64,000 nucleotides of DNA from Candidatus Gastranaerophilales bacterium (GCA_947626225.1 CANQRH010000003.1:35363-99362); one strand, 5' to 3'; numbered from the stretch's first letter, positions 1-8,427 are shown. Numbers and translations: made by a program. Notes: a model not told the origin generated them from the sequence alone.

Positions 1-1
1 C

Positions 2-292
2 GACTTAAATAAAAATTTATATTTTAATGAAATTGTTAAAGGCGAACTTGATTTTGCAGATGATTATTTGAGATATTTTGACATAAATCTGCCCGATATA
101 TCTTTTGAAGAAGTTTTTAAATATATAGAACAATTTTGGCAAAATATGACAGATGAAGAAAGGAATACATTAAATAATGCTAAATCACCAATTAATATTA
201 ATCAAAATAATTATGTTTCATTAGTAAATGAACAAGATAGAAGAAAGAAAAAAGCAAAAGAAATTTTATCTTTTTTGTTATATAATAAATAA
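2..292 (+). CDS. hypothetical protein, 3' fragment (reading frame is open to the window start)
   Basis: The frame of the listed 68-292 ORF has no stop back to nt 2. It abuts the next gene (stop 290-292, next start 293/296), so it is probably operonic. Confidence 0.4.
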   Translation, partial: DLNKNLYFNEIVKGELDFADDYLRYFDINLPDISFEEVFKYIEQFWQNMTDEERNTLNNAKSPININQNNYVSLVNEQDRRKKKAKEILSFLLYNK

Positions 293-1231
293 GTGATGAA
301 AAAAGAGAATTTTAATCGAAAATATTTTCAGTATAATTCTGAAATGCTCTATGCAATAAAAGGATTAGAGTTTATGCTTTTCCATCGGGGGGGGGCTGTA
401 TTCCTTAGGAAGAAAGATGAATTTATTGAAAAATATTATAAGTATTTACAAGAAGAATTTGATGAAAATAAAAACATAGTTTTACCAAAGTTAGATTTTA
501 TCATTACTACAAGATGCACATTAAGATGTAAAAATTGCAGTTCTATGATACCGAAATACAAAGAGCATATCGATTTAACATTTGATGATTTTAAAAAAGA
601 TTTGGATGTAATACTGGATAATGTATTAAAATTAAATTTAATAAATATATCCGGCGGTGAACCGCTTTTACATAAGGAAATTGATAAAATAATTGATTAT
701 GCTTCACAAAAAGAAAAGACAGACATGATAAAAATAATTACAAACGGTACTATACTTCCGAATGAAAAATTATTAGAAACTGTTAAAAAATATAATGACA
801 AAGTTTTCTTTTTCATCAGTAATTATGGCGTAAATCCTGATGTAAAACCGAAGTTAAGAACTGAAGAATTTATAAAATTGTTACAGGAAAATAAAATAAA
901 ATATCAAATGATAAAAGACTTTACTTGGGTTGAAGAAAAAGAAATGCAAAAAAACAATTTACAACATTGTGATGCATTTTACAAATCAATGTATGAAAAT
1001 TGTATATTATCCGCGTGTTTAGGAGTTTTTAATCACAGACTTCATACTTGTCCTAAAGCTTCACATGGAGAACAACTCGGAATTTTTGTTGATAAAGATG
1101 CAATAGATTTAAGAAAAGACAAAAATATTAAAGAAAAATTAATAGAATTTTACAGTAAAGATTTTTATGAACCTTGCAGACATTGTATAAGATCAAGTAA
1201 AGAAGTTATACCGGCAGAACAATTAATTTAA
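293..1231 (+). CDS. radical SAM protein, paralogue 1 (carries a G9 tract, in frame)
   Basis: CX3CX2C motif in DFIITTRCTLRCKNCSS, then GGEPLLH and IKIITNGTILP, plus a C-terminal Cys cluster (CILSAC...HTCPK...YEPCRHC). Alignable end to end with 3254-4231 and 4393-5328. ATG at 296 is an alternative start. Confidence 0.8.
   Translation: MMKKENFNRKYFQYNSEMLYAIKGLEFMLFHRGGAVFLRKKDEFIEKYYKYLQEEFDENKNIVLPKLDFIITTRCTLRCKNCSSMIPKYKEHIDLTFDDFKKDLDVILDNVLKLNLINISGGEPLLHKEIDKIIDYASQKEKTDMIKIITNGTILPNEKLLETVKKYNDKVFFFISNYGVNPDVKPKLRTEEFIKLLQENKIKYQMIKDFTWVEEKEMQKNNLQHCDAFYKSMYENCILSACLGVFNHRLHTCPKASHGEQLGIFVDKDAIDLRKDKNIKEKLIEFYSKDFYEPCRHCIRSSKEVIPAEQLI
387..395 (+). repeat. homopolymer G9 inside radical SAM paralogue 1 (codons 32-35, cat cGG GGG GGG Gct)
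   Basis: Counted directly in the sequence. Such a run is unexpected in an AT-rich genome. Confidence 0.95.
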
Positions 1232-2064
1232 AGGTTATTTCTTAGTCTGTGAAATAATGATTGGTTAATTTTTGCTTTATCCATTTTAATATTTCCGGTA
1301 TATAAAACTTTTTCTTCACAAATTCTAATTGCTTTATTTAAAGATAGTTTATAAAAATAATATCCGCTTAAACGTTCAATAATAAAGCCGATATCTCTTT
1401 TTTCTCCGGATTTAAAAATGATAGGCGGTTCTTTTAAATATTCAAATAATAACGGAAAAATCCATTTACAAAAGTCGAAAAACAACTCTTTTTTCATTAC
1501 ATAAAGTTCATCAAAATATCCTTCGTTTAAATGCATATAATATTTTAAGGATTTTAATTCATAATGGTAGACTTTTTCAAATGTTTTATAAAAACATTGT
1601 ACAAGTTTTTCACCGTGATATTCTTTGAATTGTTCTTCAATAGTCATTAAAGACAAATTAATTTTGTGAGGCAAAATTACATCATAGTCATATAAGTTGT
1701 CTAAAAAATCCGAATTTAAGATTCTTCTGTATCCGAATGAACCAAAATAATCCGGATTCCCCAGTTTATCATAATTTTTCCAAGCCCACCATGTTCCTGT
1801 CAGCAGGCCGATTCTTCGATTATATGAGGATATGTTTCCCGCAAAATCATTATCTCCGATGCAATTGTTTAACAGCCACTTTAAATCTTCTTCTGAAATT
1901 ACTCCGTCTTTGGAAACTTCTTTTGCAATCTCACGGCCTAAATGAATTGGTACTAAAATTTCCGATTTTAACAGTTTGGAAGGTTTAATATAATTTACCA
2001 GAATTTTTAATTTATTTTTATTGTTATTAAAACGGATATATTTCTGTATAGCATCATCAATCAT
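1228..2064 (-). CDS. DUF4422-family putative glycosyltransferase
   Basis: Family signature IGDNDFAGNISSYNRRIGLLTGTWWAWKNY...YFGSFGYRRIL matches the DUF4422 pattern (GDN.GDNIS..N..y.ELT..YW.WKN...Y.G..HYRR). Confidence 0.7.
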   Translation of the reverse strand: MIDDAIQKYIRFNNNKNKLKILVNYIKPSKLLKSEILVPIHLGREIAKEVSKDGVISEEDLKWLLNNCIGDNDFAGNISSYNRRIGLLTGTWWAWKNYDKLGNPDYFGSFGYRRILNSDFLDNLYDYDVILPHKINLSLMTIEEQFKEYHGEKLVQCFYKTFEKVYHYELKSLKYYMHLNEGYFDELYVMKKELFFDFCKWIFPLLFEYLKEPPIIFKSGEKRDIGFIIERLSGYYFYKLSLNKAIRICEEKVLYTGNIKMDKAKINQSLFHRLRNNL

Positions 2065-2076
2065 AATGTAACATTT

Positions 2077-2246
2077 TGTATTTAATGTGATGTTGAAAAA
2101 TAAACCCTTTTACTGTAATAATTGCGGGTTGCAGATAAAAAAAATTCTAAAGAAAATAAGAAAATAAATTGAAAAAGAATATTTATAAAAATGTTTGTGT
2201 TATTATTATTTCGGCAGAAATGATTTAGTAAATCACATTAAATACA
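2077..2246. repeat. 15-bp perfect inverted repeats (tgtatttaatgtgat at 2077-2091, atcacattaaataca at 2232-2246) flanking a 140-bp segment
   Basis: Exact reverse complements read from the sequence. They lie in the divergent intergenic region between the DUF4422 gene (start 2064) and the GT2 gene (start 2284). Confidence 0.6.
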
Positions 2247-2283
2247 TACTGTTGCATTAAGAGAAAAGGATATTTCAATATCG

Positions 2284-3279
2284 ATGAAGAAATTAATTTC
2301 TGTAATTATACCTGTGTATAATGTGGAAAAATATCTTGAGCGTTGTTTGGATAGTGTAATTAACCAAACATATAATAATTTAGAGATTATTTGTGTAAAT
2401 GACTGTTCACCGGATAACAGTATTGAAATATTAAAAAAATATCAAAAACTCGATAGTCGAATAGGGCTTATATCCAACGCTTCGTGTATGGGCCAGGCCC
2501 ATACACGAAGCGTTGGATATCAAAAAGCACACGGGGAATTTATATACTTTCTTGATTCGGATGATTGGATTAAAGAAGATTTCATTGAAAAAATGTACAA
2601 AGCAATTGTTGAAAAGAATCTGCCCGCTGTCTGCTGTACAAACATAAAAAACGTTTATCCCGACGGTACAATGAGCGATTTATTAAAAAGAGATTTTGAA
2701 GAAGGTTTTATGCCTTATACAAAATCTTGTATGATGGCTTGGAGCTGGCTGTTAAAAAAAGATTTTCTTGATAAATTTGATTGCATTTTCCCTTCGGGCT
2801 TAAAATATGAAGATAATTATTTCTATAACGTTTTAATTCGAAGCCTTGAAAATGTCTATATAATTAATTCAACGCAATATTATCACTATGAAAACCCTCA
2901 ATCCACCATGGGAAAAGCAAAAGGCAGAACCATAGACAACTTTGATATAATTGAAGTGATTGATTTAGTCTATGAAAACTATAAAAAAACAAATAAATTA
3001 TCACATTGGTCAATACCGTTTTTTTATATGCCAAAATATATGCTTAACATTCACACAAACAAAGACGAATTTTTCTTAAAGTTAAAAGAATTCTATAAAA
3101 AAATTCAAACTGACGTTATTTCAAATAAACAACTCTATAATCAAATCGAACTCAAGTTTTTTAATGAGATAATAAATTCAAATAACTATAGTGAATATAA
3201 AAAATATCAAACCTCAATAATAGGAGCACTCAGACAAAACGTAAAGGAGCAAAATGGAAGAATTAATCAAAAAGTATAA
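2284..3279 (+). CDS. family 2 glycosyltransferase
   Basis: N-terminal ISVIIPVYNVEKYLERCLDSVINQTY, then CVNDCSPDNS and the DxD motif in YFLDSDD. Confidence 0.85.
   Translation: MKKLISVIIPVYNVEKYLERCLDSVINQTYNNLEIICVNDCSPDNSIEILKKYQKLDSRIGLISNASCMGQAHTRSVGYQKAHGEFIYFLDSDDWIKEDFIEKMYKAIVEKNLPAVCCTNIKNVYPDGTMSDLLKRDFEEGFMPYTKSCMMAWSWLLKKDFLDKFDCIFPSGLKYEDNYFYNVLIRSLENVYIINSTQYYHYENPQSTMGKAKGRTIDNFDIIEVIDLVYENYKKTNKLSHWSIPFFYMPKYMLNIHTNKDEFFLKLKEFYKKIQTDVISNKQLYNQIELKFFNEIINSNNYSEYKKYQTSIIGALRQNVKEQNGRINQKV
2471..2521. repeat. perfect 51-bp palindrome (25-bp arms, 1-nt centre) inside the GT2 coding sequence
   Basis: atatccaacgcttcgtgtatgggcc-a-ggcccatacacgaagcgttggatat. The arms were checked base by base. 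The palindrome encodes ISNASCMGQAHTRSVGY. Confidence 0.95.
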
Positions 3280-4231
3280 TATAGAACCCGTGTTTTACAG
3301 AAGATACTTTCGCTATGGAGCTGAGATGCTCTATGCGTTTTTGCTGCAAAATTTCTTTTTATTTAAAAAAGGAAAATTTCTGAATCCGATTAAGAAAAAG
3401 GAATATTTTGATAAATTATGCCGGGAAGAAATAGTTAATTTCTATGAAAACGGATTTTTGAGAATACCGAAGGTTGATTTTGATATTACAACAAGATGCA
3501 CTCTGAAATGTAAATATTGTTCCAACATGATGCCAAAATTCAGACAAAACGGAAGTCATGTCGAGATGAGTTTTGACGACTTTAAATACATAATCGATGT
3601 TTTGTTTGATTCCAAGGGGGGGGGGCTAAACAGAATCGATATAATTCAATTGATAGGCGGCGAGCCCTTGCTTCATAAGCAGTTACCGGAGATTATAGAA
3701 TACGCAGCCAAAAACGATAAAATAGGAGTTATTAAAATCATCACCAATGCAACGATTTTGCCATCCGAAAAATTAATTGAAACAATAAAAAAATATAACG
3801 ATAAAGTCTATTTTTATATCAGTAATTATTCAACAAACCCCGAGCTTAAAGGCTTATTAAAATTTGAAGAATTTCAAAAGATACTTGACGAAAATAAAAT
3901 CAAATATCAAACGATGCAGGATTTGTCTTGGGACAAGGAGGGCGAATTTAAGGACTATCATTATGACGAACAAACTCTCAAACAGATGTTTGCTTCCTGC
4001 GTTCGATCAAGCTGCCTTTCCATTATCAACAACAAGCTTCATATATGCGCTAAATCCGCTTCGGGAAATGAGCTTGGGTTAATTGATGTGAAAGATTGCG
4101 TAAATTTAAAAGATAATCCTAATTTAAGACAAGATATTATTGATTTTTATAAAAAAGATTATTATGAAGCTTGTAAATATTGTGCGATCAGCGAAGAAAA
4201 AGTTATTCCCGCACAGCAAGTACAGATGTAA
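3254..4231 (+). CDS. radical SAM protein, paralogue 2 (carries a G10 tract, in frame)
   Basis: DFDITTRCTLKCKYCSN, GGEPLLH, IKIITNATILP and a C-terminal Cys cluster (YYEACKYC). Overlaps the GT2 stop by 26 nt. Confidence 0.8.
   Translation: MEELIKKYNIEPVFYRRYFRYGAEMLYAFLLQNFFLFKKGKFLNPIKKKEYFDKLCREEIVNFYENGFLRIPKVDFDITTRCTLKCKYCSNMMPKFRQNGSHVEMSFDDFKYIIDVLFDSKGGGLNRIDIIQLIGGEPLLHKQLPEIIEYAAKNDKIGVIKIITNATILPSEKLIETIKKYNDKVYFYISNYSTNPELKGLLKFEEFQKILDENKIKYQTMQDLSWDKEGEFKDYHYDEQTLKQMFASCVRSSCLSIINNKLHICAKSASGNELGLIDVKDCVNLKDNPNLRQDIIDFYKKDYYEACKYCAISEEKVIPAQQVQM
3616..3625 (+). repeat. homopolymer G10 inside radical SAM paralogue 2 (codons 121-124, aaG GGG GGG GGG cta)
   Basis: Counted directly. 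Paralogue 1 has no tract at the aligned position (LDNVLKLNLINISGGEPLL versus FDSKGGGLNRIDIIQLIGGEPLL). Confidence 0.95.
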
Positions 4232-4392
4232 AATTTAGGAAGCTTTAATCAAAGAGAGGAAATTAAAAATTATTTTATTTGATTTCCTCTTTCAATTCTT
4301 TTTGCCATATCCGTATGGCACCAAGCACAAGCTTCCGCATATTTTTTGAAAAATATTTTAAAATTTCTTTTGATAATTTAACATAATCATCT

Positions 4393-5328
4393 TTATATTT
4401 GTTCCCCGCAAGGCAGATTGTAAATAATATTATCACTATGGCAATAGTGACAAAATTGAGAATAATCTCTTGCATAATATTTTATGAGTTTATCAGTTAA
4501 ATCTTTAGCATTTTTTGCAGTTCTAATATTAACCACTTCTTCTTTTATCCCGTCGGAAAGTTCAAGATTTCTGTTAATATAAACGGAAATAGTGCAAGGA
4601 GTTATTTCACCTTCACATAGCATATTACAAAATAATCCCCAACATTTGTCATGAATAGGTTTAATTTTAGCGGGATCCTGAATGTCTTTATATAGTTCCG
4701 GCATGCTTTGAAAAAGGCCGTCAAAACCGTGAGGATTTGAATATGATATATTGTTTCTGATTAACAAATCCTTAAATTCATTATGTTTTACGGTAATGCC
4801 ATTTTTAATATTTTTTACGTTATTATAATTACTTATTTGAATTTTAAACTTTTTATTCTTCATAACTTTTAAAAGCTCATTTGAAGGCAAAATTGTGCAG
4901 TTTGAAGCAATGAAAACATGTTTAATCTGTCTTTTATTAAGTGCATACTGAACTTTTTTTGCAAGATTGTTATCTATAAGCGGTTCTCCGCCTACGAAAC
5001 CAAAGTAATCAACATAATCTACCGACTTTAACAATTTATCCAAATCCTTTTTAAATTGTTCAAAGGAAGTGTGCTTTAAATGAGTCTTATCATTAAAATA
5101 CGGAATAAAAGTATTACACTGTTTACAATTCATGGTGCATTTGGTAGTTACAACATATTCTAAACAAGGTATAACAGCTTTTCCGGTGAGAAAAAATCTC
5201 GTTTTTATAACTTTATAATATAAACGTTCAGGGGAAAATTTCTTCAGAAAATTTACAAATTTTAATTTAAAAGGGAAAGCAACTGCACAACCTTGGCCTG
5301 CAGTAAAATTTTTATATATTAATTTCAA
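4393..5328 (-). CDS. radical SAM protein, paralogue 3 (the listed ORF starts at TTG; the likely true ATG at 5368 is out of frame across an A9 tract)
   Basis: VVTTKCTMNCKQCNT, GGEPLID and a C-terminal Cys cluster (YSQFCHYC). See the tract at 5333-5341 and the SD/ATG at 5366-5385. Confidence 0.75.
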   Translation of the reverse strand: MKLIYKNFTAGQGCAVAFPFKLKFVNFLKKFSPERLYYKVIKTRFFLTGKAVIPCLEYVVTTKCTMNCKQCNTFIPYFNDKTHLKHTSFEQFKKDLDKLLKSVDYVDYFGFVGGEPLIDNNLAKKVQYALNKRQIKHVFIASNCTILPSNELLKVMKNKKFKIQISNYNNVKNIKNGITVKHNEFKDLLIRNNISYSNPHGFDGLFQSMPELYKDIQDPAKIKPIHDKCWGLFCNMLCEGEITPCTISVYINRNLELSDGIKEEVVNIRTAKNAKDLTDKLIKYYARDYSQFCHYCHSDNIIYNLPCGEQI

Positions 5329-5332
5329 ATTA

Positions 5333-5341
5333 TTTTTTTTT
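5333..5341 (-). repeat. homopolymer A9 (T9 on the + strand) at the 5' end of radical SAM paralogue 3
   Basis: Minus strand reads ATG AAC AAA ACT GAG TAT AAA AAT TTC AAA AAA AAA TAA. A8 or A11 would fuse this start to the long ORF. Confidence 0.95.
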
Positions 5342-5471
5342 GAAATTTTTATACTCAGTTTTGTTCATTAAAATCCTTTCTCATAAATTTCATTGTCATA
5401 ATAAGTTTTAAAACAATAAAGAACTATTTGATTTCCTAATTTCTACATAATATATCTAACTATATAATTAG

Positions 5472-5500
5472 ATTATATTAATAAGCAGTTAGATTGTCAA
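5472..5500 (-). promoter_or_regulatory. sigma70-type promoter, TTGACA-N17-TATAAT, upstream of radical SAM paralogue 3
   Basis: Minus strand TTGACA (5500-5495), 17-nt spacer, TATAAT (5477-5472). Confidence 0.5.
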
Positions 5501-5525
5501 GGAATAATCATTTCATAATCATCAA

Positions 5526-5759
5526 ATGAAACAGGAGTATATTTTAGATAAGGATAATGTAAGAAAATTAATTAAATCACTTACACTGTTTGAAGGCAAA
5601 ACACTTACACGTTTGAAGGTAGATATAAACCATAAATATAACAAAACCGATTCTCTTGAAAACCTAACAAACAAACTTCGAAATGGAACGATTAGAGTTT
5701 CTGAATTAATAGAAATTTTTAGTGTACTGGGATATGAATTAATTGTCCGTAAAAAATAA
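5526..5759 (+). CDS. small helix-turn-helix-like protein (paralogue of 46481-46696)
   Basis: KTLTRLKVDINHKYNKTDSLENLTNKLRNGTIRVSELIEIFSVLGYELI aligns with ITVKKLVQLYNMNNEHKFTPDGLSKKLRFNTLRYDEAKKLADSIGYDLI. The pattern is XRE-like. No good SD is visible. Confidence 0.45.
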   Translation: MKQEYILDKDNVRKLIKSLTLFEGKTLTRLKVDINHKYNKTDSLENLTNKLRNGTIRVSELIEIFSVLGYELIVRKK

Positions 5760-5760
5760 A

Positions 5761-7176
5761 TTATTTAAATCTGCGCATCATCTTAACAGCTTTATTAACG
5801 GCATGTTTTCCGAGCTTGCCTTTAAATCCGCCGAGTCCGCCCATGTTTAAATCAGGCATTCCGCCTTTAAATTTTGAAAACATACCCTTCATATCGCTCA
5901 TTCCCTTCATCATGGTGCGCATTTGTTCAAATTGTTTCACAAATGTGTTAACTTCCGAAAGCTCCATTCCGCAGCCTTTTGCAATACGTTTTTTACGGCT
6001 TGAATTCATCAAATCGGGATTTGAACGTTCTTCGGGGGTCATACTCGATATAAATACTTCCATTTTTTTGAATTGTTTTTCTCCTTCGTGAGAAATCAAT
6101 TCTCTGTCGTTTTTGCTTATATTCATTCCGGGAAGCATTCCCAAAAGCTGATCCATTGAGCCAAACATTTTCATTTGTTTTTGCATTTTTATAAAATCAT
6201 TGTATGAAAAATTGTTTTTGCTCATTTTTTCTTCAAGTTCGCGTGCTTGCTTTTCGTCAAAAACTTCCTGCGCACGTTCAACAAGCGAAACAATATCTCC
6301 CATACCGAGAATTCTTGATACCATACGTTCAGGGTAGAAATCTTCAAGAGCGTTCAGTTTTTCACCCGTCCCCGTAAGCTTAATCGGTTTTCCGGTACAG
6401 TAAGCAACGGACAAAGCCGCACCGCCTCGGCTGTCACCGTCAAGTTTTGTAAGTACAAGACCTGTCAAATTTAATTGAGCATCAAAGTTTTCAGCGACAT
6501 TAACGGCTTCCTGACCGGTCATTGCATCAATTACAAGCAATTTTTCGGCAGGTTTAAAAATCCTGTCTATTAACAAAAGTTCAGACATCATTTCCGTATC
6601 AATCTGTAAACGTCCTGCGGTATCAAGGATTATCGTATTAAACCCTTTTTCTTTTGCATAATCAATCGCACCGCTGACAATTTTTGTGACATCTTTGCAA
6701 TCCGGAATTGTAAAAACTTCGGTTTCGGTTTCTTTGCCGAGAGTTTTAAGCTGCGTGATTGCCGCCGGACGATAAACATCACAAGCCGCAAGCAGGGGAT
6801 TTCTTCCTTCTTTTTTAAGCTTGACCGCAAGTTTTGCACTTGATGTGGTTTTCCCCGACCCCTGAAGCCCGAGCATCATAATTAAATTCGGATTACCGGA
6901 AAAATCGAGCGGTTTTTGTTCTTTTCCGAGAAGTGAAACGAGTTCATCGTGAACAATTTTAACAAGCTGTTGTGAAGAATTAACACCTTCAACGATTTTT
7001 TCGCCTTCTGCTTTGTCTTTAACATTAGAAATGAAAGACTTGACAACACGTAAATTGACATCTGCTTCTAAAAGAGCACGCCTGATTTCGCGCAGAGCAT
7101 CCTGCATATTGTCCTGTGTAAGTTCTCCCGAACCATGAATTATATTTTGAAGTCTTTCACTTAAACTGTCGAACAT
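5761..7176 (-). CDS. ffh: signal recognition particle protein Ffh
   Basis: GLQGSGKTTSSAKLA P-loop, DTAGRL, TKLDGDSRGGAALS, and a Met-rich M-domain at the C-terminus. Confidence 0.95.
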   Translation of the reverse strand: MFDSLSERLQNIIHGSGELTQDNMQDALREIRRALLEADVNLRVVKSFISNVKDKAEGEKIVEGVNSSQQLVKIVHDELVSLLGKEQKPLDFSGNPNLIMMLGLQGSGKTTSSAKLAVKLKKEGRNPLLAACDVYRPAAITQLKTLGKETETEVFTIPDCKDVTKIVSGAIDYAKEKGFNTIILDTAGRLQIDTEMMSELLLIDRIFKPAEKLLVIDAMTGQEAVNVAENFDAQLNLTGLVLTKLDGDSRGGAALSVAYCTGKPIKLTGTGEKLNALEDFYPERMVSRILGMGDIVSLVERAQEVFDEKQARELEEKMSKNNFSYNDFIKMQKQMKMFGSMDQLLGMLPGMNISKNDRELISHEGEKQFKKMEVFISSMTPEERSNPDLMNSSRKKRIAKGCGMELSEVNTFVKQFEQMRTMMKGMSDMKGMFSKFKGGMPDLNMGGLGGFKGKLGKHAVNKAVKMMRRFK

Positions 7177-7349
7177 AATAAAACATTAGCATAAAAAAAA
7201 GCTATGTACAAAGTGCATAGCTGTTGATTAGGGATATGTGTATCTTAGTTCTCTAAGGAGTATATGTAAATATTAGCAGAGGATTTAAAAATAAAAATCA
7301 TACATTTTGTTGATGTTTTAAATAAAATAATAAATTCATGCCGAAAATC

Positions 7350-7377
7350 TTGACAAAAATGATTTATGACATAGAAT
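7350..7377 (+). promoter_or_regulatory. putative promoter of tRNA-Ser (TTGACA-N16-TAGAAT)
   Basis: TTGACA at 7350-7355 and TAGAAT at 7372-7377, about 25 nt before the tRNA 5' end. Confidence 0.45.
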
Positions 7378-7401
7378 TGAAATACATCTGATCAAACCCA
7401 T

Positions 7402-7491
7402 GGAGGAGTGCCAGAGCGGTTGATTGGAGCAGTCTTGAAAACTGTCGAACGTTCACGCGTTCCGTGGGTTCGAATCCCACCTCCTCCTCCA
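7402..7491 (+). tRNA. tRNA-Ser (anticodon UGA), CCA encoded
   Basis: Folded by hand. Acceptor GGAGGAG/CTCCTCC, anticodon stem GCAGT/ACTGT, loop CTTGAAA, long variable arm (GAACG..CGTTC), T-arm GTGGG-TTCGAAT-CCCAC. Confidence 0.9.
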
Positions 7492-7496
7492 TTTAA

Positions 7497-7521
7497 AAAG
7501 AGCCTGAAAAGGCTCTTTTTT
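7497..7521 (+). terminator. rho-independent terminator after tRNA-Ser
   Basis: aaagagcc-tgaaaa-ggctcttt hairpin followed by a T-run. Confidence 0.7.
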
Positions 7522-7800
7522 AGTCTGTATGTATTGATTTGAGTAGGCATATCTTCAGGTTTTATATAATCCATCCATGGTTTGACAAAGTTGTTGGAAT
7601 ATAATACCATGTTCGAGAAATATTTCAAAAATATAGTTTTTGGGGACAATAGACATATATATTTATTTGAAATTTTTCTGGATAATTGGTAAGAGATAGA
7701 ATGAAATGTTTATTATTTTAGGTTTTAGGACATAAACTTATTGATTTTAATTAAGAATAAAAAAATGTTATATTCTATTTAAAATTGAGGTGATGAAGAA

Positions 7801-8424
7801 GTGATGATAAATTTTTTAGATTTTAAAATTAATTATTTTTTTGTTTCAAAAGAGGAATTTGAATGTTTGATTAATATGGTAGGTTTTATAACAGGAATAT
7901 TAACTGTTAGTGTTTTCCTACCATTTTTTATAAATTCCAGCAAGTCAGCCATTGCAAGGTGTAAATTTTTATATCCAAATGAAACACCAATATATTGTAT
8001 TAAAAATGGTATTATATCAAGTATAATTATAACCTACTTGGTTGGAGCTTTTTTAGGAACATTCATTTTACCTTTTTTTATGTTTAATAATCTAACTTCT
8101 ATAAGACAAGTTACATATACAACTTTATGGATTTATATAATTGCTTTTGTTATTGGATTGTACGGAGTATTTTTTAGATTCAATATAACATATATATTGA
8201 CTGATAAAGGTATCAGGTTAATTTGTCCATATAAAATATTGAGTTGTATGTTTAAAGAAACCTTTTTTATTGAATATGCAACTATAAAATCAATAAAATT
8301 GTGTAAGTCGTTGTTTATGCCAGAATTGTTAATAGCATTAAAAGACAATAAAACATTGCATAGGCTTATAGGGTTCAAAAACTTAGATAGAGCTAAAATT
8401 GAGGCAGAAAATTATATAAAATAA
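7801..8424 (+). CDS. hypothetical multi-pass membrane protein
   Basis: Several long hydrophobic segments and no recognisable motif. ATG at 7804 is an alternative start. Confidence 0.45.
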   Translation: MMINFLDFKINYFFVSKEEFECLINMVGFITGILTVSVFLPFFINSSKSAIARCKFLYPNETPIYCIKNGIISSIIITYLVGAFLGTFILPFFMFNNLTSIRQVTYTTLWIYIIAFVIGLYGVFFRFNITYILTDKGIRLICPYKILSCMFKETFFIEYATIKSIKLCKSLFMPELLIALKDNKTLHRLIGFKNLDRAKIEAENYIK

Positions 8425-8427
8425 GTC

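Noticed and set aside
4275-4475. Listed 66-aa minus-strand ORF overlapping the 3' end of radical-SAM paralogue 3
   Set aside because: It is an out-of-frame overlap with the conserved C-terminus of the paralogue and extends into the convergent terminator region. No support exists beyond being an open frame.
7193-7222. Terminator-like hairpin plus T8 on the minus strand, only 17 nt upstream of the ffh start codon (possible attenuator)
   Set aside because: The structure AGCTATGCAC-TTT-GTACATAGCT-T8 is real. However, there is no upstream minus-strand gene or recognisable leader or antiterminator alternative. Regulatory function cannot be supported from sequence alone, and it may just insulate ffh from antisense read-through.
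7392-7649. Listed 85-aa minus-strand ORF
   Set aside because: It overlaps tRNA-Ser and its terminator antisense. The GGGGGIRTHG peptide is simply the reverse translation of the tRNA T-arm.
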